This document shows positions 37,685 through 50,879 of a stretch of DNA of 64,000 nt, in pieces (the first letter of the stretch is position 1; each line of letters starts with the position of its first letter). A program made the position numbers and the translations under genes. The stretch spans positions 3,348,001-3,412,000 of the forward strand of contig NC_042997.1 of assembly GCF_006345805.1 (NCBI RefSeq). Direction: 5' to 3'. The DNA is from Octopus sinensis (taxonomy: Eukaryota). The notes beneath the pieces are model-generated. The model did no database searches and had not been told where the DNA came from. It saw nothing but the letters and a program-made list of their open reading frames with translations.

Positions 37685-38201
37685 TATATATATATTATAT
37701 ATATATATATATATATTATATATACGCAAGTGTTTCTATTATATATAAATTAGATACACATTTCTGGAACCAGTTATTACAAACCTTGAACAGACATCCA
37801 CGACGTTATTAATTGACAGAAAGAATAATGATAGCAGAGAGAAGATCATTATAAAATTGCTAGAAAACTGAATTCTTTGTATAATAATGGAGGGGCTGTT
37901 CAATAGTATAATTGATATTGTGGGGAAGCAATATTAACAATGGAATAATAACTGTAAGGTGGTTTTTCTCGTTTTTTCTCTCTTTCAATCTGAAATGTAG
38001 AATGAGAATGAACACATTATATTATCACTCTTTCTTCAATATCTACCTAAACAGTTCCACACACAAATATGCACAGAAGCAAAAGTACGTTCTCATACAT
38101 AATAGCAGAACACAGACATGCAGAAATCATACAAAAGGACACGCACGTATGCACGTACATTCATACTGGATTGCTTATACTCATATCTATCTATATCTAT
38201 G

Positions 38202-38288
<87 letters not shown>

Positions 38289-38305
38289 ATCTATGTATCT
38301 ATCTA

Positions 38306-38345
<40 letters not shown>

Positions 38346-38442
38346 GAATCACACGAACAACACACACATAAAAACCCACCCACATACACACTTAATCACA
38401 CGAGCATATATATACGCGTATGTATATATAGAATTATGTTGT

Positions 38443-38481
<39 letters not shown>

Positions 38482-38535
38482 ATGTATATATATATACATA
38501 CATATACATATATAAATACACACACACATAATATG

Positions 38536-38567
<32 letters not shown>

Positions 38568-38726
38568 ATACATACACAAATATATCATTTGAATAGGCAA
38601 TTAAATATATTTCGTTATATATACATCGAAATATGTAAGCACACATACCTCGGTAATGATGTCAGACATATATGAAGCATATTGACATACATATATATGT
38701 GTATGTATATTACTATCGTAAACCGC

Positions 38727-38758
<32 letters not shown>

Positions 38759-38872
38759 GCCTATACAAGAGAGATATAGATATGTTAGTGTATGTTAGTA
38801 CGTATTTGTACACGCATATATAAATATTTATTCACACACACGCACACGCACACACATAGATGTATATGCAAA

Positions 38873-38918
<46 letters not shown>

Positions 38919-39466
38919 TATATATATATATATATTATATATATATATGAACGTAACAATATATACTGTTATATTTTTATTTATATTGCTGTGCAAGACA
39001 TTTCATTTAGCACTGAAGCGTGCCTCTAGCGTTGCACTCAACGATTATTCTTTACTTTGTAACCTATTGTGAATAGAAGGAGAGAAAACCGGTCTGGGGG
39101 GTTATATTTTCATTGATAATTGTTTTATGATAGTCAGGAAATTGTATCTCGGCTACAATCAACCTAACAGCCAGGAAATCTTACATCGGCAAACACATCG
39201 AAGATGTCAACGCACGCATCTAATAGAGTTCTCAATTATAATATATTGATAGAGATATTTTTCTACATTGAAACAGTTATCATCATACCATTATTATGGA
39301 TATCTATACATATTCAACATACACAAATGTATCCATATACAGAGACACCTACGTCACATATATACTCCGATATTAAAGTTTTGGGGAATTTTATACTGAA
39401 ATGGCAGTTCGAAATAACATTACCAATCCATTTCCATTGATAATATGGTAAAATTTTATATATATA

Positions 39467-39542
<76 letters not shown>

Positions 39543-39560
39543 TATGTATATATATATAAA
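36640..39560. repeat. Microsatellite-rich zone: (TA)n, (TACA)n, (TATC)n, (CA)n
   Basis: Tracts at 36700-37020, 37380-37730, 38185-38340, 38420-38950 and 39455-39560. Confidence 0.9.
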
Positions 39561-40110
39561 TGTTTGTGTGTGTGTGTGTGTGTAATATTACAATGTTATA
39601 AAGGAAATGGATTGGTAATGTTTGCAGAAAGAGATAAAGAATGATAGAGAGAAAGGGAAAACGATATAGTGATGCAGATAACATCACTTAGGCATGATAA
39701 ATATATATATGAAAATATACTTACGTATATGTACACATATATATAAACGTATATAAGAAAAATATTTTATTCAGAAGAGAAATCTTTATATATGAGAATA
39801 TAGACATTCATATATATATTGACAAATAATTTTACATAAAGCATAAAGAGTACAGAGACCTGGGTGAGGAATGCATAGGTATTTCACTCAACAACTGTCT
39901 CTTGATGCTCCGAATTACGCAATTGTTGTAATATTCATAAATAGCGGATGGAGTGTGCAAAATATATGATACATGTGATATGCAATCAGTAGATGGATGC
40001 ATATAAAGACCACCTTAAACTGGTTTTGTTCGTAAGAGGAAGAGTGGCAAATGCCTGTACATATATGATACTATTGGTAGCGTTTTAATACATGTATTAT
40101 GACCTTTAAA

Positions 40111-41440
40111 TAATCATCATCATCATTCTTCGACCGTGGTCGAGGCAATCGAATTTACCATGCTACGCCAGACTTCACGGTCCATCATGGCATTACAGAG
40201 GTCCTGTTGCTGGATGCCTGTATCCCTGGAGATTACATCAGGGTAGGAGAGTGTGCGCCCTCTCGTATTGCGAGTAGATAGCTTCCAGAGGAGAAGAGTA
40301 GAAATTGCCTCGTTTTCAGCTCTACAACAATGTCCAGCAAACTGGACTCTCCTACCTTTCACAAGAGATGACACAGGTGGTAGTTTCCAATATATTTGCA
40401 TTTTGGTTGGATGACGATTCCACGAGAGATTTTGAGCTCTCATGAGGAGGCGAGTGTAGGTTCCATCCAACCGCCTCTCAAGCTTCTTTGGTAACGTCCA
40501 GGTTTCTGAGCCATATAGTAGAATTAGTTCGAATGTGGCTTTGAAGATTTCAATTTTGAAGTCTCTACTTAGATTTTATAACCAGATCTTATGCATGTCG
40601 TTACAGGCTGACCAGGCCATACCCTTCTAGTTAGAATATCTTTTCCAGATGATGATATGTATGACCCAAGATATTTGGAATCAGAAACCATATTTAAGGG
40701 CGCATTGTTGAGAGTATGGATGATTGCAATCACTGTTGGATAGGCACTTGTTTATATATTCAGTCTTGGCCTCATGAGGTAAAGACCTACACAATTTGAG
40801 GCTTGTTCGAGCGACTGTAAGAGAGACTGGGCATTGGAGAGAGAATCACTGATAAGAGCAATGTCGTCAGCAAAGTCAGCGTCTATCAAGTATACAGCTG
40901 GGTGTCTGGAACGTATTCTTGGTTTTATTTCAAAGCCCTTGCCAGAGATGGTATCAAGTGACATACGTAGCACATAGTCAACGACAATGATGAAAAGAAA
41001 TGGGGCGAGTGTGTCTCCCTGCAGTATTCCGGCTTTGATTGAGAAAGATGATGTTTCTCCGTCGGGGGTTAAGATGGTTGAAGACGTATCTGTTTAGAGA
41101 ATCTTGATGGCAGAAATGATTTTGTCTGGTATCCAATAGAGCTTCAGGATTTCAAACATCTTGTACCTATCTACAGAGTCAAACGCTTTAGAAAGGCCTA
41201 CAAACACCATTGCAGGATCGCGATTAAATGCTTTTGATTCTTCAATAAGTCTGCGTAGGCATAGTATCTGGCTCAGCGTTGGGCACCCATGTCTGAATCC
41301 ATTTTGGTTCTTTCGGAGCAAAGGTTCAACAAAAAGCACAAGACAATTTAGAATCAGTTTGTTGTACAGTTTTGCAGCAATTGACATTAGAGATATACCC
41401 CTGTATTTGGTGACGAGGGATCAATCGCCTTTTTGGGGTA
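40111..41440 (-). mobile_element. RTE/RTE-X-type LINE, 5'-truncated
   Basis: KAFDSVDR, GILQGDTLAPFLFIIVVDYVLR, DFADDIAL, C-terminal FAGHCCR..MMDREVWR; short (GAT)n 3' tail. Confidence 0.88.
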
Positions 41441-41503
41441 TTGAGATGATAATAATAATTTACATATATATGCAAATATATCCATAAGTGTGTGTGTGTG
41501 CGC

Positions 41504-41577
<74 letters not shown>

Positions 41578-41847
41578 ATGTGTGTGTGTGCGTGCGTGCG
41601 CGTGTGTATGTGTGTGTGTGTGTATTTTCCCCTTTTTAACAATTATGGTTTCATTCAATATACATATAGTCACACACTTCTCATTTATTTCGTTTGTCTT
41701 TATTTTATCCCTCCTCTTTTTATTGGCTAACGCTGTCGTTACATACTATAACGTTTTTTTTGAAACAATATTAATAGCGTTCAGTCAATCTCTATACATA
41801 TCCATCATTTTCAATTAAAATGTCTTATAGACGAGTTTCTTTTCTTC

Positions 41848-41938
41848 ACTTCCCTGAAGAGAAGATTACACTTATTTTACACCATTTTATTCCTTTGGAA
41901 TAACACCAGTGGTATCTTGGAAAACATGTGTCGGAAGT
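41848..41938 (+). ncRNA. Hammerhead-like fold with long stem II (solo pLTR remnant)
   Basis: Stem I acttcc/ggaagt; core CUGAAGA; stem II aagat/atctt; GAAA; stem III acatgtgt; GUC cleavage triplet. Confidence 0.55.
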
Positions 41939-42160
41939 AAAAGAATTAGAATAACTCCTGCTCCTGCGTTTAACTCCATTAATTTATATATATATATATA
42001 TATATATAAACAAAGTTAAATGCGATACAATAAAATTAATTATAACTATAATTAATTATAATATATATAAGTAACGAAAAATTTTTTTTAAATGCAGAAT
42101 GCTCAAATGAAAGAAAATTTTAATAAAATGAGAAATTGATAAAATATATAAATATATATT

Positions 42161-42201
42161 TATTCAACCGGTTTTCGTCATTGGATGACTTGTCAAGAAT
42201 A
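42161..42201 (-). ncRNA. Hammerhead-like motif, U3-A8 variant (pLTR 1)
   Basis: tattc-UUGACAA-gtcat(cca)atgac-GAAA-ACCGGU-U-gaata. Confidence 0.6.
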
Positions 42202-45200
42202 TTTATGTTTTAAAAAGTTTTTTAAAAAATTAGAAAGGGGAAAAAAAGAAAATTGCATTGTTTTTTGTAAAAGAATAATGATAAAAATGTACAAAAATTA
42301 AAAAATAAGTACTCCGATACATTGTGAGTTCGTTGTGTATCTTGAGTTTTATGATTGTTCACGAAAAAATTACCTTGAGGTGTTAAGATCCAAAGGGATT
42401 AAGAGCATGTGTTGTGTTGTTTAATTCAGCATGTTTGTAGGACAGGAAGTAGTAGTAATTGTGGTTCTTCAGTTCCTGTGTTGTGAGTAAGGGGAGACAA
42501 CTCTTTTGATTTCTTCAATAAAACCCAAATTATAAAATTATCATTTTAGCTTCATTTGCGTTATCTTTTTTTATATAATTGTTTGTTAACTTAACTTTCA
42601 GATTTTAACACTTTATTTATATTATTTTCTAATTATATAAATCTGCATAGACAATTGCATTTCAAATTGTCATATCATTTATAATATAAATGATAGTAAT
42701 AACAACAATAGTAAAAATGATACTTAAAGAATATAAGTTTTAGCTTGAAGTGATGAATGCATGGTATCTTTATATATTTGTGTTAGTCCATCCATGAAGA
42801 ATGAGGTAGAGAAAGGAAGTTTGATCAACGAGGAGTTTGCATATTAAGTTGTGTTTGGAATTTTTCAATAAAGAGATTCTCCTTGTTAATTCTCTCCTGT
42901 GTGGTGATCCCGTCTTTACATTGGTAGAAGGGGAATATATAGAATTTGGGGTTTAAGTCTTTAGCACATGAGTCTAAGTGGTCACTCAGTGGAATTTGTC
43001 GGTATTCCGGGAGATTTATTTGTTCTTTATGCACCGTAACTCGTTTACGTAACGGGAGACTCGTTTGTCCAACATAATTATGTTGGCAACCAGCGCATGT
43101 GAGAACGTAGATAAGTTTATCGGAGGAACAGGAGAAGTTAGTCTTGATTTTAAACTTCGTACCTTGTTTGAAGGTAAATTCAGAGCCTTCAAGTAGAAAG
43201 GGGCAGGTACCACAGTTTGAGCGTGCACATTTTTTTACTGTTGGGGGTGGATGTGGTGTGTGAAGTTTGGCATTTGTCAAGAGTTTTTTTAAAGATTTGT
43301 GTTGCCTTTTGCATTTGAGGATTTTGTGTGTATTTATAATGTTTTTCATTTTTGGGTCTGTTGACAGTAGACTGAGGTTTTGTATGATTGTGGTGTATGC
43401 TTCGATATTTTTGGGGTTGTGGGTGGAAATGTATGGAAGTATTTTGAGTTGTGTGTGGTGTTAGGTTGGGTGGTTTTCAGTGTAGTGTTGTCTAGTTCTT
43501 TGGCGCGTTTTATTCCATACTGTATAAGGGTGGAGGGATATTGACGTTGTAATAGTGTTTTTTTGAGGTCTTGAAGGCGTATTTCTCGTGTTTTTGGATC
43601 CGAGACAATGGTGCATACCCTTTTAGCTAGATTGAAAGGGATATTTGTCTTGGTGTGTTTTGGGTGGCATGAACTAAAGAGGAGGTATTGTTGTGAGTCT
43701 GTAGGTTTGTGGTAGATGTCTGTTATGATTTGGTTCTTAGGTGTTTTTATAATTAGGAGATCAAGGAATGGGAGATGATGTTTGCTTAATTCCATAGTGA
43801 ATTGGATGTAGGGATATATGTTGTTTAGTATGGTTTTGAATTCCAGGAGTTTTTCATAAGGTTCTTTCCATATGATGAAACAATCATCTAAATACCTTTT
43901 CCAGTTTTCCATTAGGTAGGTGTGGAAAACATGTCCAAATTTCTGGCTTGGTATTTCATAGAGTGACAGTTCGAAGTAACCCATTATGAGGTTCGCAAGG
44001 ACTGGTGCAGCCTTGGTACCCATCGCAATGCCACATTTTTGACGGTAGTGTGTGTCGTCGAAGAGAAAAAAATTGTTTGTCAGAATGAACTTGAGAGATT
44101 CTGTAATAAAAGACTTGTTAATGCGGTCAGGGAATGTCTCTGGGTTTTTTCTAGCCAGAAGTCAATGCCTCTATACCATACTCATGTGGGATGTTGTTGT
44201 GTAGAGGTTGATGACATCAAAGGATACCAGGAGTGCCTCCTCGTTAACTGTTTTCGGGAGGTGTTTGAGCATGTCCAGATCATCCCTAATGAAACTTTTG
44301 ATGTGGGTAAGGAAAGGTTTCAAAAGGATGTCTAGGAAGTTACTCAGGCGGTGTGTTTCACAGGAGGTACCAGCCACAATGGGCCTTAGTTTGAGGTCCT
44401 CCGGTGCTTTGATGTTGATGTGGGTGTCAGTGGAGAGTTTGCAGGCTTCGGTGATGTATTTGTTTTTATGGATTTTAGGAAGGCCATAAAAAAGGCTGGG
44501 CTTGCATTTGAAAATGATGATATAATCCCTTTCTTTTTCTGTGAGTCCCTGACCGTGTTGGCGTATGAGTGTGGTGAGGTTTCTGATTGTTTTTTTGTTG
44601 TTTAGTTGTTAATAACCTCATAGAAAATGTTATTGTTAAGCATGGAAATCACTAGGTGTTTATAAAATTCCGTGTCCATAAGGACCACAGCACTCCCTTT
44701 GTCCGCTTCTTTGATGGTGAGGTTTTTATCCAGTTGTATGTCACGTAGGTTTTCCCATTCTTCCTTACTGAAATTTGATTTTACCTTGGTTTTGCTTGGG
44801 GTAAAGGGGAGACTCTGGATGTGTTTGCAGAAATCGTCCAGTGTTTTATTCTCCCTTTTGGTGGTAGGAAGTTGCTTTTATTTCTGATCAATGAATCGTC
44901 CCCATTGTTGATATCTGTCAAAGCTTCTGTTAGGCGAAGTTTTCTGCAGAATTCAGAAACGTCATCCTTGGGTGTTCTTGGGGTGGGTGTGAATTTCAAA
45001 CCTCTTGCTAGGATGTTGATTTGGGTTGGAGTCAGTGTTTTGCTGGAGAGGTTTATAATTTTTGTTTTCTTATTTTGGGTCTGTGTTAGTGGTGGTGTTT
45101 GTATTTTTCCCCTCTGTCTAAAAAATGTTTGTTGAGGTAAGGGGTGTATTCTTTGTTAAAGTTCTGGTTTTATGTGTAGGAGTGTTTTTGGGTGGGGAGG

Positions 45201-46696
45201 TTGGAGGGGGGTAGGTAGTTGTGGTATTTATGTTGGTATGGGATGCGATGGTTTAAGGATTTGTGAGAAATGCGATGGGTTTGTGGGTGTGTGTCTGGTA
45301 GATTGTATGGGGGTATGTAGGGGGGTATGTAGTTGTGGTGATTGGGTTCGTGTGGGATGTGAGAGTTTGGAGATCTGTAGGAGATGTGGTAGGAATGTGG
45401 TTGTTGGATGGGTGGACTATAGGGGGTTCGTTGGGCGGGTATTATATGTATCGGTGTGGGTAGGATGCCTTGTTTGTTATTAGTGTGAGGGAGGTGAGCC
45501 TTGAGGGGGGGGATAATTTCTAGTGTATGGGAGGTTCTTGAAGGTTCTAATCGGTGGGGGAGGGGTGTTAGAGTGATTGGAAAACCAGGTTTTGTGGTGG
45601 GTCTTGTTTGAGATGTTTCGGGGGGGGGGAAAGGTTTTTTTTATATGGTTGGGCGAGGTTGTGTCCTGTTAGGAGGGGGTTTGGAGAGTATGTGTATTTG
45701 AGGTGCGGTTTGGGATGGTGTTTATGGGGTACAGTGGAAGTCTGTGTTGTGGGTACTTTTATGAATGGGTTTTTGGATTTATGGTTTAATATCAGCGTTT
45801 AAGGGAGGTTCGTTCTTCCTTTTCACATTCATCTTTCCATAGTTTAATAACAAGTTCGAGGAGCTGTTCGTTGGTGTGTGAGGTTAGTTCTAGAAGTATC
45901 TCACCGTCTATTTTTGTGTATTTTTGTTCGTGGTTTTGTGCTCTGAGTTTTAGAAGTTCTACTTCAGTTTTCATTTTTTCCAATGTTAGTTTTTCTCTTA
46001 GGGAGCGTTGTTTTTCAGGTTCGTATGGGATGTGTTTGATTTGGAATTTTCGGGGTAGTATGATAGGGGAGGAGTTTAACCATTTGTCGTAAATTTCAGC
46101 TTTGTTTTGGTTTTTGAGCATGTTCCAGAAGAGAAGTTTTCTGTTGTGTAGTTTCTTAGTCCAAGTAGTGATGATCTGGTTTTTAATGAGTTGTGCTGGG
46201 GTGAAGTGTGTTCCTTCTGTGTGTTGAGTGGTGTCTGAGGTCTCTTTGGCGTTGAATTGGTAAGTAGAGTTTTCAGTGTAGTGTTGATTTCATTTAGGTT
46301 ACATCTATCTTATCCGAAAGTAGAGTTTTCAGTGTAGTGTTGATTTCGTTTAGGTTTACATCAATTTTATCCGAAAGTTGTTGATGATGGTTGTTTTCTG
46401 AGTTGTCCCGGGATTGATGGAGAAGTTCGTCAATTTTTTTGGAGAATGTAAGTAGATGTGTATTGAGTACTTTGAGTTCTTTTAGAATGGTCTTATTGGT
46501 GACTGTCTCTGTAAGAGTGCTCTTGTTTTTCGGAGACATTCTGAATCACACGTGTGGTAGAGGGTACAGATCAATAAATGGTGGGGTTGTGTTGACCGCA
46601 CGTGGAGAAATAAGTAAGGAAATTTTTTTTTAAAATGCAGAATGCTCAAATGAAACAAAAATTTAACAAAATGAGAAATTGATAAAATATATAAAT

Positions 46697-46836
46697 TGAG
46701 CGAAAACACCTAAAAGCTCTACGAGGCTCCGGCAGGGGGTGGTGATCCCTGCTGTACTCTTTCACCACAATGGCGGTGCCCCAGCATGGCCACAGCTCAA
46801 GAGCTGAAACTGGAAAAACAAAAAAAACAAACAAAC
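46697..46836 (+). mobile_element. 140-bp SINE-like insertion in the internal pLTR
   Basis: Absent from the other two pLTR copies; carries the family-A tail ggcggtgccccagcatggcc and an A-rich end; possible aaat TSD. Confidence 0.85.
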
Positions 46837-46845
46837 AAATATATT

Positions 46846-46886
46846 TATTCAACCGGTTTTCGTCATTGTATGACTTGTCAAGAATA
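46846..46886 (-). ncRNA. Hammerhead-like motif, U3-A8 variant (pLTR 2)
   Basis: Same as 42161-42201, with one change in the stem II loop. Confidence 0.6.
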
Positions 46887-47250
46887 TTTATGTTTTAAAA
46901 AGTTTTTTTTTTAAATTAGAAAGTGGAAAAAAAGAAAATTGCATTGTTTTTTGTAAAAGAATAATGATAAAAATGTACAAAAATTAAAAATTTTGTACTC
47001 CGATACATTGTGAGTTCGTTGTGTATCTTGAGTTTTATGATTGTTCACGAAAAAATTACCTTGAGGTGTTAAGATACAAAGGGATTAAGAGCATGTGTTG
47101 TGTTGTTTAATTCAGCATGTTTGCAGGACAGGAAGTAGTAGTAATTGTGGTTCTTCAGTTCCTGTTTTGTGAGTAAGGGGAGACAACTCTTTTGAGTTCT
47201 TCAATAAAACCCAAATTATAAAATTATCATTTTAGCTTCATTTGCGTTAT

Positions 47251-50200
47251 AAGAAAACAAAAATTATAAACCTCTCCAGCAAAACACAGACACCAACCCA
47301 AATCAACATCCTAGCAAGAGGTTTGAAATTCACACCCACCCCAAGAACACCCAAGGATGACGTTTCTGAATTCTGCAGAAAACTTCGCCTAACAGAAGCT
47401 TTGACAGATATCAACAATGGGGACGATTCATTGATCAGAAATAAAAGCAACTTCCTACCACCAAAAGGGAGAAATAAAACACTGGACGATTTCTGCAAAC
47501 ACATCCAGAGTCTCCCCTTTACCCCAAGCAAAATCAAGGTAAAATCAAATTTCAGTAAGGAAGAATGGGAAAACCTACGTGACATACAACTGGATAAAAA
47601 CCTCACCATCAAAGAAGCGGACAAAGGGAGTGCTGTGGTCCTTATGGACACGGAATTTTATAAACACCTAGTGATTTCCATGCTTAACAATAACATTTTC
47701 TATGAGGTTATTAACAACTACAAACAGCAAAAAACAATCAGAAACCTCACCACACTCATACGCCAACACGGTCAGGGACTCACAGAAAAAGAAAGGGATT
47801 ATATCATCATTTTCAAATGCAAGCCCAGCCTTTTTTATGGCCTTCCTAAAATCCATAAAAACAAATACATCACCGAAGCCTGCAAACTCTCCACTGACAT
47901 CCACATCAACATCAAAGCACCGGAGGACCTAAAACTAAGGCCCATTGTGGCTGGTACCTCCTGTGAAACACACCGCCTGAGTAACTTCCTAGACATCCTT
48001 TTGAAACCTTTCCTTACCCACATCAAAAGTTTCATTAGGGATGATCTGGACATGCTCAAACACCTCCCGAAAACAGTTAGCGAGGAGGCACTCCTGGTAT
48101 CCTTTGATGTCATCAACCTCTACACCAACATCCCACATGAGTATGGTATAGAGGCAATTGACTTCTGGCTAGAAAAACACCCAGAGACATTCCCTGACCG
48201 CATTAACAAGTCTTTTATTACAGAATCTTTCAAGTTCATTCTGACAAACAATTTTTTTCTCTTCGACGACACACACTACCGTCAAAAATGTGGCATTGCG
48301 ATGGTACCAAGGCTGCACCAGTCTTGCGAACCTCATAATGGGTACTTCGAACTGTCACTCTATGAAATACCAAGCCAGAAATTTGGACATGTTTTCCACA
48401 CCTACCTAATGGAAAACTGGAAAAGGTATTTAGATGATTGTTTCATCATATGGAAAGAACCTTATGAAAAACTCCTGGAATTCAAAACCATACTAAACAA
48501 CATATATCCCTACATCCAATTCACTATGAATTAAGCAAACATCATCCCATTCCTTGATCTCCTAATTATAAAAACACCTAAGAACCAAATCATAACAGAC
48601 ATCTACCACAAACCTACAGACTCACAACAATACCTCCTCTTTAGTTCATGCCACCCAAAACACACCAAGACAAATATCCCTTTCAATCTAGCTAAAAGGG
48701 TATGCACCATTGTCTCGGATCCAAAAACACGAGAAATACGCCTTCAAGACCTCAAAAAACACTATTACAACGTCAATATCCCTCCACCCTTATACAGTAT
48801 GGAATAAAACGCGCCAAAGAACTAGACAACACTACACTGAAAACCACCCAACCTAACACCACACACAACTCAAAATACTTCCATACATTTCCACCCACAA
48901 CCCCAAAAATATCGAAGCATACACCACAATCATACAAAACCTCAGTCTACTGTCAACAGACCCAAAAATTAAAACATTATAAATACACACAAAATCCTCA
49001 AATGCAAAAGGCAACACAAATCTTTAAAAAAACTCTTGACAAATGCCAAACTTCACACACCACATCCACCCCAACAGTAAAAAAATGTGCACGCTCAAAC
49101 TGTGGTACCTGCCCCTTTCTACTTGAAGGCTCTGAATTTACCTTCAAACAAGGTACGAAGTTTAAAATCAAGACTAACTTCTCCTGTTCCTCCGAGAACC
49201 TTATCTACGTTCTCACATGCGCTGGTTGCCAACATAATTATGTTGGACAAACGAGTCTCCCGTTACGTAAACGAGTTACGGTGCTTAAAGAACAAATAAA
49301 TCTCCCGGAATACCGACAAATTCCACTGAGTGACCACTTAGACTCATGTGCTAAAGACTTAAACCCCAAATTCTATATATTCCCCTTCTACCAATGTAAA
49401 GACGGGATCACCACACAGGAGAGAATTAACAAGGAGAATCTCTTTATTGAAAAATTCCAAACACAACTTAATATGCAAAAACCTCGTTGATCAAACTTCC
49501 TTTCTCTACCTCACTCTTCATGGATGGACTAACACAAATATATAAAGATACCATGCATTCATCACTTCAAGCTAAAACTTATATTCTTTAAATATCATTT
49601 TTACTATTGTTGTTATTACTATCATTTTTATTATAAATAATATGACAATTTGAAATGCAATTGTCTATGCAGATTTATATAATTAGAAAATAATATAAAT
49701 AAAGTGTTAAAATCTGAAATTTAAGTTAACAAGCAATTATATAAAAAAGATAACGCAAATGAAGCTAAAATGATAATTTTATATTTGGGTTTTATTGAAG
49801 AACTCAAAAGAGTTGTTCTCCCCTTACTCACAACACAGGAACTGAAGAACCACATTACTACTACTTCCTGTCCTGCAAACATGCTGAATTAAACAACACA
49901 ACACATGCTCTTAATCCCTTTGGATCTTAACACCTCAAGGTAATTTTTTCGTGAACACTCATAAAACTCAAGATACACAACGAACTCACAATGTATCGGA
50001 GTACTTATTTTTTAATTTTTGTACATTTTTATCATTATTCTTTTACAAAAAACAATGCAATTTTCTTTTTTTCCCCTTTCTAATTTAAAAAAAAACTTTT
50101 TAAAACATAAATATTCTTGACAAGTCATCCAATGACGAAAACCGTTTGAATAAATATATATTTATATATTTTATCAATTTCTCATTTTATTAAAATGTTC

Positions 50201-50289
50201 TTTCATTTGAGCATTCTGCATTTTGAAAAAAATGTTTCCTTACTTATCATTTCTCCACGTGCGGTCAACACAACCCCACCATTTATTGA

Positions 50290-50292
<3 letters not shown>
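47251..50292 (+). mobile_element. Neptune-type PLE copy B (5'-truncated, inverted relative to A) plus pLTR
   Basis: ORFs 47242-48534 and 48702-49490 are near-identical to copy A; pLTR 49491-50292 ends in (TA)n. Confidence 0.92.
50112..50152 (+). ncRNA. Hammerhead-like motif, U3-A8 variant (pLTR 3)
   Basis: Same fold; the stem III palindrome is broken (ACCGUU). Confidence 0.55.
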
Positions 50293-50337
<45 letters not shown>

Positions 50338-50879
50338 TATATACATATATATATATACATATATTTAGTTAGCGGTTATATTTACCGACTGAGGGATAAA
50401 AGCTATCCGTATATACTACCGGTACTCGTTGTCTGTTTTATCCCCGGCCAATGGTGCATCGGCAAACGATACACGTAGGGTATAGATAACAACTGGATAC
50501 AGAAGAGTTTACCAGGGACCAATGCAAATAATTAGAAAATGGAAAAAACCACAGGTTAACCAACCCATCGGTTTGACCATATTTATAGCTTATTTTTTAT
50601 ACAAAATTGTTGACGTAAAATATCTTACGCCCATTACTAATCAGATTGCTAAAATGCAGTCTATATATAAATGCGTGAATAAAATTCTTCATCCTCATAG
50701 GCATTCCTATTAAGGCATATCTTGGCATATTGGGCTTCTAGATTACTTGTCTAAGCCATGTTTACGTTCATTTTCCTTCTGTATTTTGTTTATATGCTCT
50801 AGATTTTCAATCTGATAAAAATCCGTTGCATGAAGATCAGTAAAAAGAGAACACGAATGCTGAACTATTGAGATATGGG

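Larger units (their letters stand above)
42067..47250 (-). mobile_element. Neptune-type Penelope-like element copy A with direct pLTRs
   Basis: 3' pLTR 42067-42820; ORF remnants 46539-42825 (GTKAAPVLANLIMG, RYLDD, PFLD, KCARSNCGTCPF Zn-finger linker, LIYVLTC..YVGQT GIY-YIG); upstream partial pLTR 46568-47250. Confidence 0.92.

Noticed and set aside
47242-48534. 430-aa ORF as an intact gene
   Set aside because: Its TTG start comes from the pLTR side of the inversion junction, and it frameshifts at motif B; it is part of PLE copy B.
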